A stretch of DNA of 64,000 nucleotides from Pseudomonadota bacterium (GCA_043798915.1 JAZDOG010000102.1:14249-78248), one strand, 5' to 3'. Shown: positions 9,462 through 21,707, counted from the stretch's first letter. The notes: a model not told the origin generated them from the sequence alone. A program made the numbers and translations.

Positions 9462-10949
9462 ATGGGAGACAACATGATCAACATCTGTGACCCGATTCAA
9501 TACATACCGAAGCTGAACGGAAAACCGGAGGATTATTGGCAAAAGCTTCAAGACCAATGTGACAAAGGCCGCAATGCTTTCGATGTCGACAACGCGCCTC
9601 TGATGGAAATAAGAAGGCAAATTGGAAAAGCACGTCTATTGCCTGATGCGAGCACTAAAATTTTTGCGCTGGTCCAAGAGCTGAAGAAAAAAGCCGCTAC
9701 CATTAAAGATGATTATATTAAAAACAAGACACTATGTAAGAAAGGCAAAGAACAGAACGCTGAAGCCTGTGGCTACGTCGACTACTACGACAAATTTGAA
9801 ACCATCCTGGGTCCGGTTGACGAGATAAGAAAGCCTGCCAAGTCGCCGACATCTGTCCCCCTCGTCCCATTGAGGAGCGGCAATCCAACAATCAATCTCC
9901 CCCCTCCATTCAAAGGCCATCAAGTCCAATTTGATACGGGCTCATCAACCTCTCTCTTCTCCAAGAGATTCGTAGAATCTCGCCCTGATAATTTTTTGCC
10001 ATTACAGATTACATCTGGAGATTATGGCCTGGGGGTATACAGGATCGAAGATATCAAAATCAACATAGGCAACGCAGCATTTTCACCTCAGGTGGGCGTA
10101 GCTGTTTCGGCGGTCGATGAGGACGGTGGAACTGACAGGGAAGGTCAGCTTATTGCGACGTTGGGTTTGGACTTTCTCCTCATGAGATCGGTCAGATTCA
10201 ATTACTCCAAACAATCGATCGTCTTTGATCAAAACTTAGACAAGGAACTTCGCACAGGGAAGTGGGAGGCAATCCCCCTGCAGATCCGGAGGGAAGGGCT
10301 GTTTGGAGGGCTTTTTATAAGTCTCGAGGTTCTTCTGAACGGACAAGCAACTCAAATGCATTTTGATACCGGGGCAGAACTGTCATATGTTTTTGAGAGC
10401 TGTCTCCCCAAACTCCCTGAGTTGCCTGATGCCACAAATGACAAATCCTGTGGTTACACGGGCGTAAATAGCCGTGGCAGCTCCAGCAAAACCATTTCCG
10501 ATGTAAAAGTCTCGCTCGGTGGATACGACATCAGAATACCGATGGATGTGCTCCCGGCAGATCTACCACACGTTAAACTGCTGCTGAGTAAAAATATCTG
10601 CGGAATGGCCGGCCTTAATATGTTTACGCGCTTCAATCCAATATTCGATCCAGCGACATCCACGCTGTACCTCGAATCACCCCAAAAAGGGCAAAAGATA
10701 TACAGCTTCAAAAATTTTGATTTTATCTACAGACAACAATTCAGCTATCGCTATGCCAGTGATGTCACAAAGGGCGGGTCTGCAGAAAAGGCCGGCTTGA
10801 AAACAAACGATATAATTTTAAAAATCAACGGCAGCGATGCTGCCAGCATGACAGGACGTCAATATATAGAATTGTCCTACGCTGATACTATAACGCTGCT
10901 CATAGATCGCGATGGCAAAAAAAAGACAATCAGAATAAAACTCCATTAG
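9462..10949 (+). CDS. single-chain double retropepsin-like aspartic protease with C-terminal PDZ domain
   Basis: Two DTG(S/A) active-site motifs (VQFDTGSSTS, MHFDTGAELS), each followed by a retropepsin-type hhGhD motif (ATLGLDFLLM, GMAGLNMF). PDZ-like C-terminus (GGSAEKAGLKTNDIILKINGSDA). No signal peptide. The alternative ATG at 9474 has the better SD (gggaga). Confidence 0.7.
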   Translation: MGDNMINICDPIQYIPKLNGKPEDYWQKLQDQCDKGRNAFDVDNAPLMEIRRQIGKARLLPDASTKIFALVQELKKKAATIKDDYIKNKTLCKKGKEQNAEACGYVDYYDKFETILGPVDEIRKPAKSPTSVPLVPLRSGNPTINLPPPFKGHQVQFDTGSSTSLFSKRFVESRPDNFLPLQITSGDYGLGVYRIEDIKINIGNAAFSPQVGVAVSAVDEDGGTDREGQLIATLGLDFLLMRSVRFNYSKQSIVFDQNLDKELRTGKWEAIPLQIRREGLFGGLFISLEVLLNGQATQMHFDTGAELSYVFESCLPKLPELPDATNDKSCGYTGVNSRGSSSKTISDVKVSLGGYDIRIPMDVLPADLPHVKLLLSKNICGMAGLNMFTRFNPIFDPATSTLYLESPQKGQKIYSFKNFDFIYRQQFSYRYASDVTKGGSAEKAGLKTNDIILKINGSDAASMTGRQYIELSYADTITLLIDRDGKKKTIRIKLH

Positions 10950-11018
10950 CCTACGAACCGCCGACCAAGGCCGGGCCTTGATTTTTTAGCTACACTGAGG
11001 TTTGCCGACCATTCAACT

Positions 11019-12263
11019 TCAAAAATCAAAACTCTCTGGCGTGATGAGTTTGACCTCGCGCCCCATCGCTGGCTTTAGAATCTGCGAGCGCGACTTCACT
11101 TCATATAGCATTGTCTCTTCTCCTCGCCTGATGACGAGGTCCACTTCCTGCCCGGTGCTGGAGGAATACCAGAAGTAAGTGCGCTCAAATTGATGCGCGA
11201 ACTGAGAAGCAACTATCGATTCGAACAAATTTCCCCTCATTCCGGCGTCTGCCAGTGCGCCATCCCACCATCTGGCCACATTTCTGATGCCGCGCAGATA
11301 CCCGCCGGCCACCTGGTAGAGCAGCGGGTCTATGAAATAAATTTTTTTTGCCTTTCTAGGGGCAGCCATGTCCTTGTCAGGATCGTAGCAGGAAAGGACA
11401 TTGCATAAAAACGCCGATTCAAGATGCTCCACGTATGCCGCGGCGGTCTCGTGGCTGCGCACCGGCGATTTTTCAATCAGGCGCTGCCAGGTAACCTGGC
11501 TCGCCAGGGTGTCATAGACACGAAACAGGATGTGGAGCAGCACCTCCCGCGCCAGCTTAAAACGATACGCATCGCCAAAAATCCAGTTTGCATATGTTTC
11601 GCACGTTTCATCTGTAACTTCGCCGCGCTCACAGTAATCCCTGACAGCGTGAGGAAATCCTCCGACGCGGCTGTACACCTTCAAAATTTCATTTTTTTCC
11701 CAGCCTTTAAAAACTGGAAGAATTCGATAGTCGGAAGGGGATAAAGGATAAATCCTGCTTTCGACCACCTTCCGTCCCGGGAAACGCTCCCCCATCTCTT
11801 TTAAGTCCCTTGCGTTCGATCCGGAAATAAATGTCGTGGCGTTGGCCAGAAGTCCGGAATTGATTAACCAGAGCAAAGCGCGTTGCCACCCCACGACAAA
11901 AGTTATTTCATCCAGACACACCAGGACCGGACGGTCTTTTCTCCCCTCCATCCATTCAACGATGGTCGCCCGCAACTCGGAATGAGAATCGATGTTTTCG
12001 CAGGTTAAAAACAGGCAATCCTTTGCATTCACCATCTCTTCCGTCAGCGTTCGCGCAATCATCTCCTTCATCAAAGTTGTTTTTCCTACCTGCCGCGCGC
12101 CACGGAGAATGCAGGTCTTCCCTTTTTTGAAAACAAGGTCGGCTTTGACGGGATTGTCGAAATAAAAGTGCTTGCCGGCAATGGCTTGCAGATGTGAATC
12201 GCTTTTTATCGCCTCAGGGTTTTCCCACCACGGATTCAATACTTCGATCGACTTTCGGTCCAT
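11019..12263 (-). CDS. AAA ATPase of the AAA_14 + DUF4143 type
   Basis: ORF track 11019..12290. The ATG at 12263 is preceded by gaggtg. Walker A GARQVGKTTL, Walker B VLVCLDEI. The overall layout (N-terminal ...LNPWWENPEAI, C-terminal ...YFWYSSSTGQEVDLVI) matches the widespread orphan ATPase family with a C-terminal DUF4143 (from memory). Confidence 0.85.
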   Translation of the reverse strand: MDRKSIEVLNPWWENPEAIKSDSHLQAIAGKHFYFDNPVKADLVFKKGKTCILRGARQVGKTTLMKEMIARTLTEEMVNAKDCLFLTCENIDSHSELRATIVEWMEGRKDRPVLVCLDEITFVVGWQRALLWLINSGLLANATTFISGSNARDLKEMGERFPGRKVVESRIYPLSPSDYRILPVFKGWEKNEILKVYSRVGGFPHAVRDYCERGEVTDETCETYANWIFGDAYRFKLAREVLLHILFRVYDTLASQVTWQRLIEKSPVRSHETAAAYVEHLESAFLCNVLSCYDPDKDMAAPRKAKKIYFIDPLLYQVAGGYLRGIRNVARWWDGALADAGMRGNLFESIVASQFAHQFERTYFWYSSSTGQEVDLVIRRGEETMLYEVKSRSQILKPAMGREVKLITPESFDF

Positions 12264-12381
12264 AACACCTCGATAATTAAGGATAAACAACCACTTTGTA
12301 AATTATGCGATCATGATCGCATAATTTAAATTTCAAATCAAGGCATTACCACAAGCCAGGGAGTTGTCTGTTGCTGGACAT

Positions 12382-12437
12382 GGGGCGGGGAAGGAAATCG
12401 AGGCTGGACCAGCTTTTAGCCCGGCCTTGGTGCTTTA
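12382..12437. repeat. second copy of the ~55-nt hairpin repeat seen at 9325-9379
   Basis: ggggcggggaaggaaatcgaggctggaccagcttttagcccggccttggtgctttat versus gggtggggatggaaatcaaggccgggccaacaatggtccggccttggtgttttat. The hairpin arms are conserved, with a T.G wobble on the plus strand. Confidence 0.6.
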
Positions 12438-12443
12438 TGTTGT

Positions 12444-13898
12444 TCAGCGTGCGGCCTTCCGTTTCGTTCGGTCGATGATGATATTCATCCAGTCCCCGTT
12501 CCGGCGGATAAGGATTTTGGATCTCTTCCTTCTCGCGTAAGCCCACTCGACGATCCAGAACGGCGTCAGCTTCGATGCTGGCGTCTTGTCAATCCCTACG
12601 ATTTCATCGCCAGACCGCAGCCCGCTTTTGTATGCAGTGCTGTCCTCAGTGAGGTTGCCAACAACGAGCCTTCCGTCATCCCGGCGTTCTGTGAGGAAAC
12701 TAGGATTGATCGACGCCTCTCCCTTGGATTTTCGAGGGGAAATAAAGAGCGTGCGCGTCTCGGGGTCAATAATCATATTGAAGCGGGCGAGGACATCGAG
12801 CCCAATCGAGCCGCAGAGGCCATTTTTTTCCACCGTAGCGGAATTGGGGTCGCTCGTCGAAGTTACCGTAAGGCTATCAAGCGGGATATGTGATCCGCCT
12901 AATGTCAACGTAATGTTCCCAATTGCCATTGCGTCGACAGTTGTTCCGTCTGCAATTCGTCCACCACCCAGACTGCGGACGGTCTGTTTCGGAAGTTTCA
13001 ATAGGCAAGACGGGATAATAGAGCTTAAATTTGAACCCGTATCCACGGCAAAGGGAAAGCTCACACCGTCGACGTCTGCCTTGACCAGAATGAGAACACC
13101 CAAATTCGAACTTTGAATTCCCGCTATAGAAAATGGGACAGGCCCCCATCTCTTTTCTGCCAGGCGCCTGCCTACGTCCTGGTTCTCCGTCACCGTCCAG
13201 GAGTCGTAGTTTATCTCAACGGGACTTTGGAGAAAAAAATCGAGACCAAGCAATGCAACAAGGCGTTTGCCGGGTTCCGTGCCCTCGAGCTTGTCGAGAA
13301 GACCGACCTCAACGACGAATGGAGGCGAGTACGATATCTGGCCGAGGACAAAAGCGAGACCGGAGGTATTGTACGCCTTGAGACCATATATTGGAACTCT
13401 GTTCTTCTCGGTAAAATGGGCCGACTCCAAGGTCTGCAAATATTTCGAAACTCCTGAACTACTAGAACCAGTATCGAGGAAGACTTCCCGCCGCTCCCCT
13501 CCCTTTGTCGAAAGCTCGGCGACAAGATAGCCGCTTTTGAGGGGAGTAAGTTTTGCCGAGCGAGGCTCCCCGGAAAAACGCCCAATCTCGCCCGGATTCC
13601 CGAAGAGTTTGACAAAATTATCATAGACGGCGGTGAACCCGCAGGCAAAGGCATCGGCGTTCTCGGAGCAAGACTTGGCCTTATCGAGATACTCCTCTTC
13701 GACTGGCCGGGCTCTTACTGGAAGAAGCCGTTTGAGATTTTCAATCTCGGGGTCTGTGAGGGAAGCGGCCTTCCTCCTCCCAATTTCGCGCCGGATCTCT
13801 ATGAGAGGTGAAATCCATCTATCAAAAGTCACTACGCCTTGGGAGCACTGCTGCCGATCGGATGCGTTGATGTTCGGGGAAAAGCAAAGATTGCCCAT
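12444..13898 (-). CDS. single-chain double retropepsin-like aspartic protease with C-terminal PDZ domain (diverged paralogue of 9462..10949)
   Basis: VFLDTGSSSS and FAVDTGSNLS active-site motifs; ALLGLDFFLQ and GSIGLDVLARF flap-side motifs; PDZ-like EDSTAYKSGLRSGDEIVGID. aggaga SD before the ATG. No signal peptide. Confidence 0.7.
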   Translation of the reverse strand: MGNLCFSPNINASDRQQCSQGVVTFDRWISPLIEIRREIGRRKAASLTDPEIENLKRLLPVRARPVEEEYLDKAKSCSENADAFACGFTAVYDNFVKLFGNPGEIGRFSGEPRSAKLTPLKSGYLVAELSTKGGERREVFLDTGSSSSGVSKYLQTLESAHFTEKNRVPIYGLKAYNTSGLAFVLGQISYSPPFVVEVGLLDKLEGTEPGKRLVALLGLDFFLQSPVEINYDSWTVTENQDVGRRLAEKRWGPVPFSIAGIQSSNLGVLILVKADVDGVSFPFAVDTGSNLSSIIPSCLLKLPKQTVRSLGGGRIADGTTVDAMAIGNITLTLGGSHIPLDSLTVTSTSDPNSATVEKNGLCGSIGLDVLARFNMIIDPETRTLFISPRKSKGEASINPSFLTERRDDGRLVVGNLTEDSTAYKSGLRSGDEIVGIDKTPASKLTPFWIVEWAYARRKRSKILIRRNGDWMNIIIDRTKRKAAR

Positions 13899-14025
13899 AT
13901 TGTTCTCCTGTTCACATCCCCCAAGACTCCATAGGCCAGGCCCTTTTGAAAATCAATGCCCGGTTATGATTTCCCCAATAGTATTGTTGATTATCCAGAT
14001 AAACAGCATTACAATTGCTATTAGT

Positions 14026-14442
14026 ATGAAACACACACGCATCATAGCCGCAGCTGCAATCCTCATCACCGCCTTTGTGCCGTATGCATCGCTGACGCAC
14101 GGCGACGCCATGGCCTCCGCAAAGGCGCCCGTCAAAGGCGCCGGATTCGAGGGATCGGCCGCATGGGCAAAGGCCGATCTGCGCCTGCGCGAGGCATGGC
14201 GCGGCGCCTCTGAAAAGGGAAAGGGATCGGAGAGGCTCGAATGCCTGATGAAGACCCGCATGCCTATCGGCGCGAATGAACGGGCCCTGCTCAAGAGCGC
14301 GGGTTTTGTCGTGCACACCGTGATCGTGACCATCGCAACGGGGGATCTCGCCGCGAAAAACCTCCCCGCCGTGGCTTCGCTGGATTTTGTGGAGTCGATG
14401 GAACTGGCGGCGCCGATGTCTATAAAACGGAAGAAGGATTGA
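14026..14442 (+). CDS. small secreted hypothetical protein
   Basis: In-frame ATG at 14026 inside ORF 13633..14442 gives a 138-aa protein with a signal peptide (MKHTRIIAAAAILITAFVPYASLTHG). Its 3' end overlaps atpC convergently by 23 nt. Confidence 0.5.
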   Translation: MKHTRIIAAAAILITAFVPYASLTHGDAMASAKAPVKGAGFEGSAAWAKADLRLREAWRGASEKGKGSERLECLMKTRMPIGANERALLKSAGFVVHTVIVTIATGDLAAKNLPAVASLDFVESMELAAPMSIKRKKD

Positions 14443-14701
14443 CTGCGGCAACTGAATCTACGAATACGCTTGCCGCGTCCTTTGTCACTTCCACAAATCC
14501 ACTGCCCGCATCGTAATCCTCGCGCCTCGGCTTTTTCTCTTTGTCCAGATATCGAAAATAGATCCTGCCCGGCTTCAAGCCAGCGATCAGGCGGTCGTGG
14601 CCGGGAAGGACCGTGAGCTGGCCCGCCTCACCCGGCAGCGTCACCGAATCGACGTCGCGCTCGAGGACAATCTTTGCAGGTGTAAGAATTTTTAGTTTCA
14701 T
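14420..14701 (-). CDS. atpC: F-type ATP synthase epsilon subunit (short form, beta-sandwich domain only)
   Basis: MKLKILTPAKIVLERDVDSVTLPGEAGQLTVLPGHDRLIAGLKPG... is the classic epsilon N-terminal domain. The ATG at 14701 is preferred over the TTG at 14707. The protein ends where the C-terminal helical hairpin normally begins. Confidence 0.8.
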   Translation of the reverse strand: MKLKILTPAKIVLERDVDSVTLPGEAGQLTVLPGHDRLIAGLKPGRIYFRYLDKEKKPRREDYDAGSGFVEVTKDAASVFVDSVAAVNPSSVL

Positions 14702-14711
14702 CGGCAACTCT

Positions 14712-14811
14712 CCCCCCTCCTTTGTAAGGAGGGGATGGGGGAGGTAGATCAGAGGTGAATCTGTTTCAAATATCTACCCCACCCTGACCCTCCCCTTACA
14801 AAGGGGAGGGG
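14712..14811. repeat. family-1 triple-hairpin repeat, copy 2 (between atpD and atpC)
   Basis: cccccctcctttgtaaggagggg / atgggggaggtagat...atatctaccccaccc / tgaccctccccttacaaaggggagggg. Confidence 0.85.
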
Positions 14812-14829
14812 ATTAAAGCCCCTTGATTT

Positions 14830-16365
<1,536 letters not shown>

Positions 16366-16372
16366 TTAAAAA

Positions 16373-17224
16373 TTATTTCAGCGCCTCGGCCCCACCAACG
16401 ATATCCATCAGCTCGGAGGTGATGTCCTCCTGGCGGGCGCGGTTGTAGACGAACGTCAGGTGGGCGATCATGTCGTCAGCGTTCCGGGTTGCGTTGTCCA
16501 TCGCGGACATGCGCGCCGCAAGCTCCGCCGCGCGCGACTCGAGGATCGCCTGCCGCATGCTGGCGGTGATCGCCATGGCGCAGAGTCTATCCAGGGCCGT
16601 CTCTCTCGTCGGTTCATAGAGATATTCAAGGTGCCTCTCCTTCGCGTTGCCCCGCTTGTGGAGGGGCAGGAGGTTCCAGAACGTCAGCTCCTGCCTGCCG
16701 GCGCTTGCAAACCTGTTGAACGCCACGTTTCCACCGGCGCTCTCTCCCTTTCTGTAGCGCTCCATGAGGCGGGCGGCGATCCACGATGCCACGCCAGCGT
16801 CGTCGCCTCCCGGCACCGCCTCAACATCGCGGCCGCGGGCGCTTAAGTACCGCATACCCTTTTTGCCTATGACGTAGAGCCTGGTATCTATGTTGTGGCT
16901 CGCGGCGTTTGTCACGGCCTCCTCTATCCTGCGCAGGAGGTTCTCGTTGAAGCCGCCGCAGAGACCGCGGTCAGAAGTCACGACGGCCAGATCGACGCAG
17001 TTCAAATCCTTGGGCCTCTGCCACATGAGAGGGGCCCGGGGCCCAAGCCGCCTCGAGACGAGCATAGCAGTATCGATTATTCCGGAGGAGTAGCTGCGCG
17101 CGTCGAAGGCGGTCTGCTGCGCGCGCTTGAGCCTCGCCGCGGCGACAAGCTTCATCGCGCGCGTCATCTTCTGCGTGCTCTTCACCGCCTGAATCCGCCT
17201 TTTGATGTCCTTGAGCGCAGCCAT
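16373..17224 (-). CDS. atpG: F-type ATP synthase gamma subunit
   Basis: 283 aa. N-terminal MAALKDIKRRIQAVKSTQKMTRAMKLVAAARLKRAQ and C-terminal ...YNRARQEDITSELMDIVGGAEAL are typical of gamma. Confidence 0.95.
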   Translation of the reverse strand: MAALKDIKRRIQAVKSTQKMTRAMKLVAAARLKRAQQTAFDARSYSSGIIDTAMLVSRRLGPRAPLMWQRPKDLNCVDLAVVTSDRGLCGGFNENLLRRIEEAVTNAASHNIDTRLYVIGKKGMRYLSARGRDVEAVPGGDDAGVASWIAARLMERYRKGESAGGNVAFNRFASAGRQELTFWNLLPLHKRGNAKERHLEYLYEPTRETALDRLCAMAITASMRQAILESRAAELAARMSAMDNATRNADDMIAHLTFVYNRARQEDITSELMDIVGGAEALK

Positions 17225-18750
<1,526 letters not shown>

Positions 18751-18754
<4 letters not shown>

Positions 18755-19290
18755 GTCAAACTCTCCTTCATTCGTTCCAATTTGCCCCTGATGCTCGCAT
18801 CGTAGCGCATGTCCCCGAGCCAGACTTCGATGCCGCCGAGGAGCGATGCATCCACGCTGACATCGCATCTGCTCGCAAGCTTCAGGACATCGCTCAATAT
18901 CTCCTCGATCCGCCCTTTCACCTCGGCCGCGAGACCGCCGTCGGCCACGTGTGCGCGCGCCACCGCGAGGCGCTCGTGGCGCTCAACCCTTGCGGCAAAA
19001 TCCTCCGAGACGAGTTCGAGAATATTGAGGCGGCCCCTTTCAATCAGGAGTTTCAAGAGATTTTTCGCCATTTTCCCGACCCCGAGCGCGTCTGCTGCGT
19101 CGCCTGCAGCAGCAAGCCGCCTCTTGAGATCGACGCGCTCGTCCGAAAGACCCTTGATGAAATGCGGCACGTCGTTCGCACATTCGCCGATGCGCTGCAC
19201 GTCTGCGAGCAGACGCTTCGCGTCTCCGGACTCCAATGCGAGGTCGAAGATCGCCTTGCCATAGCGCTTTGCGATTGCGCTCTCCCTCAT
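18751..19290 (-). CDS. atpH: F-type ATP synthase delta (OSCP) subunit
   Basis: 179 aa; [12 protein letters not shown]... start is typical of delta. Lies between b and alpha. Confidence 0.85.
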
Positions 19291-19808
19291 CAGCGTCCCC
19301 CCGATTGCAGGCCGGCGAGCGAGCCCGGAAGGATTGTCGAAAATTCACCGAGCCCTTTGCGGACCGCCGCCTTCTTCATCTCTGCCGACATCTCCTCTTT
19401 GAGGATTGATTCGGCCCGAACGAACGCCCCTTCCACTATCCTCCGCTTGAAATCCGCGATGGCAGCGATGATCTCCCCTTCCCCCTGCCTCTCTGCGTTC
19501 TCCCTGATGCGTTCCGCCCGCCTCTGCGCCTCTTCCAGCGCCGCCTTGCTTTCCTCCTCTGCGAAACGCGCGATCAACTGCTTTCGCGCCGCGAGGTCGT
19601 CCGGGAGGCGGGAAGCGAGGCGCGAACTCTCTGCCGCGCGAGCCTTCGCCGCCTTGATCAGCTCCGCTGCGTCGCCGATCTCCTTTTTGATTTTAGCGCG
19701 GCGCGCATAGAAGAAATGGCGCCCCACGCGATGCCAGCTGCGCAGTATCAGGCCGATGAGAAGCCCCAGATTGCCGAGGCCGAACAGGAATATTTTGAAT
19801 TCGCTCAT
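19290..19808 (-). CDS. atpF: F-type ATP synthase subunit b
   Basis: 172 aa: an N-terminal TM helix followed by a long Ala/Glu/Arg/Lys-rich helix. Position is upstream of delta. Confidence 0.75.
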   Translation of the reverse strand: MSEFKIFLFGLGNLGLLIGLILRSWHRVGRHFFYARRAKIKKEIGDAAELIKAAKARAAESSRLASRLPDDLAARKQLIARFAEEESKAALEEAQRRAERIRENAERQGEGEIIAAIADFKRRIVEGAFVRAESILKEEMSAEMKKAAVRKGLGEFSTILPGSLAGLQSGGR

Positions 19809-19818
19809 CGGGCCGCCT

Positions 19819-20265
19819 TTATGATTCGGACGTAATGCGGGAGACTATCTCCCTTGCCAGTTCGCTCGACCGCTTCCCCACCTCTGCGGCGATCGATTCC
19901 TCCGACGGCTTCCCTGCGCGGGACATGCCTGCGATGTTCTTGGCCTCGGCGCGCGCCTCGGCGACGATCTTCCCCGCGGCAATCCTCGCCTCGGCAAGTT
20001 TCGTCGTCCGCTCTGCGTTGGCATCCGCGAGCGCCTTCGACACCGCAGCCACCCTTTCCGCTTCGAGGGCAGCGGACTCTGCGGCCAACAGCGAAGCATC
20101 CTCGCGCGCCCCGCTGGTGAGCTTTTTCCTTTGATCGATTATGCGGAGCACGGGCCTCAAGACAAAAAAGTGGATCGCAGCGGCCGCCGAAAAAAAAACG
20201 CACAGCTGGACGGCGACAGTCCAGTCCGGCATGAGGTGTATCTCTGCACCCAAAACGGCGAGCAT
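19819..20265 (-). CDS. F-type ATP synthase subunit b' (second b-type stalk subunit)
   Basis: 148 aa: one TM helix (WTVAVQLCVFFSAAAAIHFFVL) followed by ...RPVLRIIDQRKK... and a long charged helix. Confidence 0.7.
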   Translation of the reverse strand: MLAVLGAEIHLMPDWTVAVQLCVFFSAAAAIHFFVLRPVLRIIDQRKKLTSGAREDASLLAAESAALEAERVAAVSKALADANAERTTKLAEARIAAGKIVAEARAEAKNIAGMSRAGKPSEESIAAEVGKRSSELAREIVSRITSES

Positions 20266-20294
20266 TTATTTGATTTCCCCCGAGATAGGCTTGT

Positions 20295-20717
20295 TCACAT
20301 CATGAGCGAGTCTTCGCCCTCTTCGGCTATTCCAGAGCTCTTGTGCGCAGTTGTTTGAGCGACCCCTGAGGGAAGCGGCTCCTCCATCATCTGGCACTGT
20401 CCCTGAAAGATGGACCCCTCTTCGATCATGAGCGAGGGCGCGACGATGTTCGCTGAGACGCGGCAACCCCTGCGGAGTTCCACCTTGCGCTTGGCTTCGA
20501 TGAGCCCCTGCAAGGTGCCCTCCACGATGATCGTGTCCACCTGGACCTTGGCGTTCACCTGCGCCTCCGCCCCCACGACGAGCGTACCGTCCGAGAGGAT
20601 CTCCCCCCTGAAGTCGCCGTTGATCTGCACGGTGCCGTCGAACATGAGCTTTCCCTCGAAGCTGCAACCGCGATCGAGCAAGCCATTCAGCTGAGATTCA
20701 TCCTTGTTGCGTCCCAT
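20295..20717 (-). CDS. bactofilin
   Basis: ORF track 20295..20789, but its first 24 codons run into repeat copy 4 and the ATG at 20717 is the likely start. Right-handed beta-helix repeat pattern (SFEGKLMFDGTVQINGDFRGEILSDGTLVVGAEAQVNAKVQVDTIIVEGTLQGLIEA) typical of the bactofilin/DUF583 domain. Confidence 0.85.
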   Translation of the reverse strand: MGRNKDESQLNGLLDRGCSFEGKLMFDGTVQINGDFRGEILSDGTLVVGAEAQVNAKVQVDTIIVEGTLQGLIEAKRKVELRRGCRVSANIVAPSLMIEEGSIFQGQCQMMEEPLPSGVAQTTAHKSSGIAEEGEDSLMM

Positions 20718-20743
20718 TGTGTGCCTCCATTGTGGTTTCACAA

Positions 20744-20840
20744 TCCCCTCTCCTTTGTAAGGAGGGGCTGGGGGAGGTAGATATCGCATCTCTGGAAGGT
20801 CTACCCCACCCTGACCCTCCCCTTACAAAGGGGAGGGGAA
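20744..20840. repeat. family-1 triple-hairpin repeat, copy 4 (between parB and bactofilin)
   Basis: cccctctcctttgtaaggagggg / ctgggggaggtagat...ggtctaccccaccc / tgaccctccccttacaaaggggagggg. Confidence 0.85.
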
Positions 20841-20843
20841 ATG

Positions 20844-21707
20844 CTAATGGTTTATGATCCTTTTGTATATCCTGTCCAAGTCCTGTGCCGAATAATATTC
20901 TATGATGAGCTTCCCTCCGTTCCCTTTGGGGAGAAGCGAGACCTTGGTGCCGAGCGAACTCTTCATCGTATCGAGAAGCTCGTTTGTCTGGGCGCTTATC
21001 TCTGAGCGCTTGCGGAAGGCTCTTCTACCACCGCTCTGATATGACTGCACCATTTTTTCAACATCGCGCACCGTCGGCACTTCGCGCAGGATACGCTCGC
21101 GCAGTTTGAGCTGTTCGTGTATTCCCTCCACAGCGAGTATCGCCCTCGCATGCCCCGCCGTATATCTTCCGCTTGCCACATCATCTTGAATCACGCGCGG
21201 CAGCGCGAGGAGGCGCAAGCTGTTTGCCACGGCAACCCTCGACTTCCCCACTTTTTTCGCGACGTCATCCTGCGTGTAGCCGAACTGCTGCGTGAGTTCC
21301 AGATACGCGCGCGATTCTTCGATCGGATTGAGATCCTCACGCTGGACGTTCTCCATGATGGAGAGGGCGAGAAGCCCCTCGTCATCCACCTTCCTGATGA
21401 CGACAGGGACATCGCTCAGACCCGCCAGGCGAGACGCCCTGAAGCGCCGCTCTCCTGCGATAAGTTCGTAGCGGCCGCCTTCGATAGGAGAGACTGCAAG
21501 CGGCTGGAGCACCCCCTGCTCCCGGATGGAGTCGGCCAACTCCCTGATCTTTTCCTCGTCGAAGACGGAGCGCGGCTGGAGCCGATTGGGCACGATCGAG
21601 TCGATCGATATCATTCTAAGGCCATCTCCCTCCGTCTGCCCTTGAACCATGGGCGGAGGTATGAGCGATTCGAGCCCTCTTCCCAGACCTCGTTTGAGCT
21701 GCATCAA
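20844..21707 (-). CDS. parB: chromosome partitioning protein ParB
   Basis: LGRGLESLIP..., IVPNRLQPRSVFDEEKIRELADSIREQGVLQPL, LIAGERRFRASRLAGL: the canonical ParB boxes. Confidence 0.93.
   Translation of the reverse strand: MMQLKRGLGRGLESLIPPPMVQGQTEGDGLRMISIDSIVPNRLQPRSVFDEEKIRELADSIREQGVLQPLAVSPIEGGRYELIAGERRFRASRLAGLSDVPVVIRKVDDEGLLALSIMENVQREDLNPIEESRAYLELTQQFGYTQDDVAKKVGKSRVAVANSLRLLALPRVIQDDVASGRYTAGHARAILAVEGIHEQLKLRERILREVPTVRDVEKMVQSYQSGGRRAFRKRSEISAQTNELLDTMKSSLGTKVSLLPKGNGGKLIIEYYSAQDLDRIYKRIINH

Noticed and set aside
12346-12546. 66-aa minus-strand ORF spanning the hairpin repeat and the 3' end of the protease paralogue.
   Set aside because: It overlaps the protease CDS out of frame and runs through the repeat. 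Its composition is not protein-like.
13878-13898. MGNLCFS / MGDNM / MGATS N-termini of the accessory proteins as eukaryote-like N-myristoylation signals, which would suggest secreted effectors.
   Set aside because: The Ser/Thr is not at the canonical position 6. For 9462..10949 the better-supported start is the second ATG (MINICD...). No secretion system context is visible.
20718-20789. Extended bactofilin N-terminus [24 protein letters not shown]. Similar upstream extensions occur on atpA (18755-18868), gyrB (28810-28974), the OMP gene (24953-25132) and the small secreted protein (13633-14025).
   Set aside because: These extensions run through repeat elements or intergenic DNA and lack SD sites. 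Conserved protein sequence begins at the internal start codons.
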